Below, one piece after another: positions 55,139 to 59,007 of a stretch of 59,007 nt of DNA. The stretch lies in assembly GCA_035685905.1 (NCBI GenBank), contig DASRZY010000280.1, positions 1 through 59,007 of the forward strand, given 5' to 3'. Made by a program: the position numbers and the translations under genes. The notes beneath the pieces were generated by a model. That model saw nothing but the letters and a program-made list of their open reading frames with translations, had not been told where the DNA came from and did no database searches. Position 1 is the stretch's first letter. Every line of letters begins with the position of its first letter. Origin of the DNA: Syntrophales bacterium (GTDB lineage: Bacteria > Desulfobacterota > Syntrophia > Syntrophales > UBA2192).

Positions 55139-56509
55139 ATGATCCATCCCTCGCGCATACAACCGCTCAACACACGAAGCATCCAGGACGGCCGATATGT
55201 CCTGTACTGGATGCAGTCCTCCCAGCGAGTCGAGTGCAATCACGCGCTTGAATACGCCGTCGGCGCGGCAGACGAGCACAATCTCCCCGTTGTCGTCGCG
55301 TTTGGACTCACAGAGCGGTTCCCCGAGGCAAACCTGAGGCACTACACCTTCATGCTCGAGGGGCTCGAGGAGGTTCGCAAGGGGTTACGCCGGAGGGGCA
55401 TCCGTTTTGTGCTCCTGCGCCGCTCGCCCGAGCTGGCCGCAGTGGAACTGGCCCGGGAGGCCTCGCTTGTCGTTGCGGATCGCGGATATCTTCGAATGCA
55501 ACGCCAGTGGAGACGCCACGTCGCAAAGAACGCCCCCTGTGCCGTCATCCAGGTGGAATCCGACGCTGTCGTCCCCGTCGAGACGGCCTCGCCAAAGGAG
55601 GAATACACGGCCGGAACCTTGAGGCCGAAACTCCAGCGCATTCTCCGGGACTACCTCGTCCCGCTGGCGGAAAGGCCCCTGCGGAAGGAATCGCTCTCGC
55701 TGCCCCTCGACGTCGAAGGCGAGAATGACTTCCAGGCCCTGCCCGGGAGGATGGCCATCGATCGCACCGTCGCCCCTGTAAAAACCGCCCGGGGCGGTAC
55801 AGCCCAGGCCAAGGCCCTCCTGGGGGAATTCATCGCAAACGGGCTGCGCCACTACAACGATCTTCGCAACGACCCGGGCCTCGACTGCTCATCGCACTTG
55901 AGCCCCTACCTCCATTTCGGCCAGATCTCGCCCCTGGCCATCGCCCTTCGCATCAGCGGCGAGAGAGCCGTCCCCGCCGCGGCGCGCGATGCCTACCTGG
56001 AGGAGCTCATCGTGCGGCGCGAGCTCAGCATGAACTTCGTTTATTACAACGAGCGCTACGACGAGTTCGAGAGCCTCCCCGACTGGGCGAAAAAGACCCT
56101 TGCCGGGCATGCGAAGGACCGCCGTGAATATCTTTACCGCCCCGAGCAGTGGGAGCGCGCAGAGACTCACGACCCGTACTGGAACGCCGCACAGAAGGAG
56201 ATGGTCCTCTCCGGCAGGATGCACAACTACATGCGCATGTACTGGGGGAAGAAGATCCTCGAGTGGAGCCGCAGCCCTGCGGAGGCCTTCCGGACAGCCC
56301 TCTGGCTGAACAACCGCTACGAACTCGACGGGCGGGACCCCAACGGATTCGCCGGCGTGGCCTGGTGCTTCGGCAAACACGACCGGGCCTGGCCCGAGCG
56401 GAAGGTCTTCGGAAAGATCCGCTACATGAACGATGCGGGGCTCAAGCGCAAGTTCGACATGGATGCCTACCTGAAGAAGGTGGATGTCCTGGAGCGACAG
56501 AGCGGGTGA
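55139..56509 (+). CDS. phr: class II CPD deoxyribodipyrimidine photolyase
   Basis: YVLYWMQSSQRVECNHAL N-terminus. C-terminal HNYMRMYWGKKILEW and GFAGVAWCFGKHDRAW are typical of class II. Confidence 0.9.
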   Translation: MIHPSRIQPLNTRSIQDGRYVLYWMQSSQRVECNHALEYAVGAADEHNLPVVVAFGLTERFPEANLRHYTFMLEGLEEVRKGLRRRGIRFVLLRRSPELAAVELAREASLVVADRGYLRMQRQWRRHVAKNAPCAVIQVESDAVVPVETASPKEEYTAGTLRPKLQRILRDYLVPLAERPLRKESLSLPLDVEGENDFQALPGRMAIDRTVAPVKTARGGTAQAKALLGEFIANGLRHYNDLRNDPGLDCSSHLSPYLHFGQISPLAIALRISGERAVPAAARDAYLEELIVRRELSMNFVYYNERYDEFESLPDWAKKTLAGHAKDRREYLYRPEQWERAETHDPYWNAAQKEMVLSGRMHNYMRMYWGKKILEWSRSPAEAFRTALWLNNRYELDGRDPNGFAGVAWCFGKHDRAWPERKVFGKIRYMNDAGLKRKFDMDAYLKKVDVLERQSG

Positions 56510-56591
56510 GAACTGAAAATTCCTGTCGACTTCTCAATTATAAACAGGTATATAGATTGCACGAGCGTCGTAGGCCCTGGACCGCTGCGAT

Positions 56592-56618
56592 CGCCAGTGG
56601 CGACTGGCGGTTTTTTTT
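56592..56618 (+). terminator. intrinsic terminator after phr
   Basis: CGCCAGT-ggcg-ACTGGCG followed by G and then TTTTTTTT. Confidence 0.8.
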
Positions 56619-56647
56619 ATCGTAAACCCCAACTCTGTGTTGAAACG

Positions 56648-58345
56648 ATGATTCCCGCATATTCTCGAGAACTGATCCGTCTGCTGCTGCTCATTGCCCT
56701 GACCGCATGCTTCGCAAGCAACTCCCTGGCCCAAGTCCCGCCCGAGGATGTCCGAAAAAGCCTGGAGCGCTCCGTCAAGGCGGGCTCCGTCCAGAAGACC
56801 GTCTGCCCCGCGGCGCCCTACTGCAACCCCTCATCGGTGATCCGTTTTTACCAGATGCGCAAGTACGAAGCGGCCTGGACGCGGGACGGCTACCCGCTTC
56901 CCGCTGCGGAAGCTCTGGCAAAGGCCGTCAGAGGGGCCGATGCCGAGGGCCTGCAGCCCAGGGACTATCACCTCGAGCGCATCGAGTCTTCCCTCGGCTA
57001 CATCCGGCAGGCCCAGGCCCGGAACGAACAGCCGGAGACGGCAAAAATCATCGAACTGGAATTTCTCCTCTCCGACGCCTACCTCGTTTACGCGGCGCAC
57101 CTGCTCAATGGGCGTGTCAACCCCGAGACGTTCCATTCCGACGAGTGGACGATCTATCCCACCCGCTTCAATCTGGCGCAACATCTCTCGAAGGCCCTGG
57201 CCGGGGGGGATGTCGAAGGGAGCCTGAAGGGTCTCCTGCCGGCCCAGCAGGGCTACGGCAGGCTCAAGACGGCGCTGATCGTTTACCGGGGGCTTGCCGG
57301 ACGGGGCGGATGGCCCGTCATCCCGGGAGACGGCAGGCTCGAGAAAGGCATGAAGAACGACCGGGTCCCCGCGCTTCGCAGCCGGCTGAAGGTCACAGGC
57401 GAAATGCCGGCCACGGTGGACGGCACAAGCGATCTTTTCGACGAGGCCGTCGAAGAGGCGGTGAAGAAATTCCAGCTGAGCCATGGTCTGCTCGATGACG
57501 GAATCGTGGGCGCCCGGACGCTTCGGGCCCTCAACGTTCCCGTGGAAAAACGCATTCGCCAGATCGAGCTCAACCTGGAGAGATGGCGCTGGCTTCCCCA
57601 GAACCTCGGGAACCCCTATATCATGGTAAACATTGCAGGGTACGGTCTCGAAGTCGTCGAGAATGAGTCACCCGTCCTGACGATGAAGATCGTCGTGGGG
57701 ACGGCCTACCAGAAAACTCCCGTCTTCAGCGGGAAGATGACCTACATCGAGATGAACCCTTACTGGAATGTCCCCCACAGCATCGCCACGGAGGAAACCC
57801 TCGAGAAGATCCAGAAAAACCCGAAGTTCTTCGAAAAGGAAGACATGAAGGTCTTCAAGGCGGGGCCCAACGGAGAGATGGTCGACCCGGCCTCCGTTGA
57901 CTGGTTAGCGCTCTCGGAGAACAATTTTCCCTACCGGCTTCGCCAGGAACCCGGCCCCCGGAACCCCCTGGGTCGGATCAAATTCATGTTCCCCAATAAG
58001 CACAGTGTCTACCTGCATGACACTTCCGACCCCCAGCTTTTCCGAAAGGAGAGGCGGGGATTCAGCCACGGCTGCATCCGGATTGAAAAGCCAATGGAGA
58101 TGGCCGAGTTCGTCATGAGGGGCAGCAAGGAATGGTCGCGCCAGAAAGTCGAGGCGGTGCTGAAAACGAAGGAGACGACGGCGGCCTACCTGCCGAAACC
58201 CATTCCCGTGCACATCCTCTACTTCACGGCATGGGGCAATGGCGACGGGACAGTGCACTTCCTGGAAGATATCTACGGACGTGACGAGCGGCTTGACAGG
58301 GCCCTTCAGCAAAAAGCAAAGCCTGCAAGGGCCGCAAAGCCCTAG
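56648..58345 (+). CDS. L,D-transpeptidase (YcbB-like) with peptidoglycan-binding domain
   Basis: Signal peptide. PG-binding domain (AVKKFQLSHGLLDDGIVGARTLRAL). YkuD catalytic motif HDTSD...SHGCIR. Start taken after the terminator. Confidence 0.85.
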   Translation: MIPAYSRELIRLLLLIALTACFASNSLAQVPPEDVRKSLERSVKAGSVQKTVCPAAPYCNPSSVIRFYQMRKYEAAWTRDGYPLPAAEALAKAVRGADAEGLQPRDYHLERIESSLGYIRQAQARNEQPETAKIIELEFLLSDAYLVYAAHLLNGRVNPETFHSDEWTIYPTRFNLAQHLSKALAGGDVEGSLKGLLPAQQGYGRLKTALIVYRGLAGRGGWPVIPGDGRLEKGMKNDRVPALRSRLKVTGEMPATVDGTSDLFDEAVEEAVKKFQLSHGLLDDGIVGARTLRALNVPVEKRIRQIELNLERWRWLPQNLGNPYIMVNIAGYGLEVVENESPVLTMKIVVGTAYQKTPVFSGKMTYIEMNPYWNVPHSIATEETLEKIQKNPKFFEKEDMKVFKAGPNGEMVDPASVDWLALSENNFPYRLRQEPGPRNPLGRIKFMFPNKHSVYLHDTSDPQLFRKERRGFSHGCIRIEKPMEMAEFVMRGSKEWSRQKVEAVLKTKETTAAYLPKPIPVHILYFTAWGNGDGTVHFLEDIYGRDERLDRALQQKAKPARAAKP

Positions 58346-58416
58346 CAGGCGATTGCCTGTTCTTCTCTTTCCTGACGCCGGAAGCCTGATGCCCGACGCC
58401 CGCGGCCTCCCGGCCG

Positions 58417-59007
58417 CTATGCTTTCTTCTTGCCCTTGGCTTTTGGCTTTTTCTTCCTGCTGTCTCGCCACGTGCGGACATCCCCCACGTCAAGGTGGAC
58501 AAACCCGCGTCTTGCGTAATACCCGACACCGCCACAGTGCATCTCGAGGGCCGCGTTGCAGAGATGCTTGACGTTCAGATCGGGCACTCTTAAATCGACG
58601 GCCATCCCGGACATGTGAAGGCTGTTTCGGGCAACGCTGCGGTTGCGCTTGCGCAGGGCTGCATTGGTCTTGGGCGAGCGGTATCCCGAGATCACATAGT
58701 AGGGCCGGTCACACTCAAGTTTCTGGTTGAGATTGTGCAGTAGGTCGAGCAGGTTGGGGTCGATTTCCTTGATCAGGTTGGCCCGGTAGTCGCGCATGAG
58801 GAAATTGACCTCCTCGAGCGCCTCGGGGATGTACTCCCCGTCGGCCCAGTACACCCGATTGAACGTATCCCCTGTGTTGGTGCTATACAGGTGGAGCCTG
58901 CGCTCCTCCGTGGGCTCGAGAATAAGATCTGCTTCCTCGCGCCAGCCGGGTGTGATCAATTCCGGTGCGGGAGCTTCTTCGAGCACTGCAAATGCTTTAT
59001 GGGGTAG
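58417..59007 (-). CDS. DUF882 / peptidase M15A (YcbK-like) protein, 5' end outside window
   Basis: SGYRSPKTNA, HMSGMAVD and GGVGYY...FVHLD motifs. The frame stays open to the window edge and no signal peptide is seen, so the N-terminus is probably missing. Confidence 0.8.
   Translation of the reverse strand, partial: LPHKAFAVLEEAPAPELITPGWREEADLILEPTEERRLHLYSTNTGDTFNRVYWADGEYIPEALEEVNFLMRDYRANLIKEIDPNLLDLLHNLNQKLECDRPYYVISGYRSPKTNAALRKRNRSVARNSLHMSGMAVDLRVPDLNVKHLCNAALEMHCGGVGYYARRGFVHLDVGDVRTWRDSRKKKPKAKGKKKA

Overview
This is a gene-dense, high-GC bacterial chromosome segment of 59 kb. I call about 57 protein genes. I found no rRNA or tRNA genes, no CRISPR array and no recognisable transposon, integrase or phage module.

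Most of the content is core metabolism and envelope:
- mtnA-gatB-gatA-gatC on the minus strand, and an HDAC-like amidohydrolase
- tatA-tatC-PBP1A
- an ilvB-ilvN-ilvC-ilvD operon preceded by a Val/Ile-rich leader peptide and tandem terminators (attenuator)
- an APC permease, a lytic transglycosylase and DegP/HtrA
- an Mla-like lipid ABC system with a STAS-MlaE fusion
- GAPDH, B12-dependent class II RNR, panE and a response-regulator diguanylate cyclase
- two DUF362 proteins with a NapH/NapG-like polyferredoxin
- 2-oxoacid:ferredoxin oxidoreductase, a VUT transporter, NUDIX, nitroreductase, class II photolyase, an L,D-transpeptidase and an M15A/DUF882 peptidase

This repertoire suggests a strictly anaerobic Desulfobacterota (deltaproteobacterial, syntroph-like) organism. 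That is inference only.

Two signals are not captured by the ORF track.

1. Four genes are broken at in-frame TGA codons that sit exactly where a catalytic or metal-binding Cys is expected, each followed by a nearby stem-loop. They are:
- two peroxiredoxins with a TPV-U-T motif
- a signal-peptide MerP/HMA-like protein with a C-E-U motif, missed entirely by the track
- most strikingly, an exported rhodanese domain with a Y-U-A-U active-site loop (two TGAs 6 nt apart) fused in frame to an octahaem c-type cytochrome

2. Many intergenic spacers, often inside operons, carry low-complexity 7-8 nt 'stutter' arrays. These are frequently arranged as long imperfect inverted repeats bracketing terminator-like hairpins. 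A few dispersed near-identical repeat cores also occur.

All coordinates, counts and pairings were derived by hand from the sequence. No database search was run.
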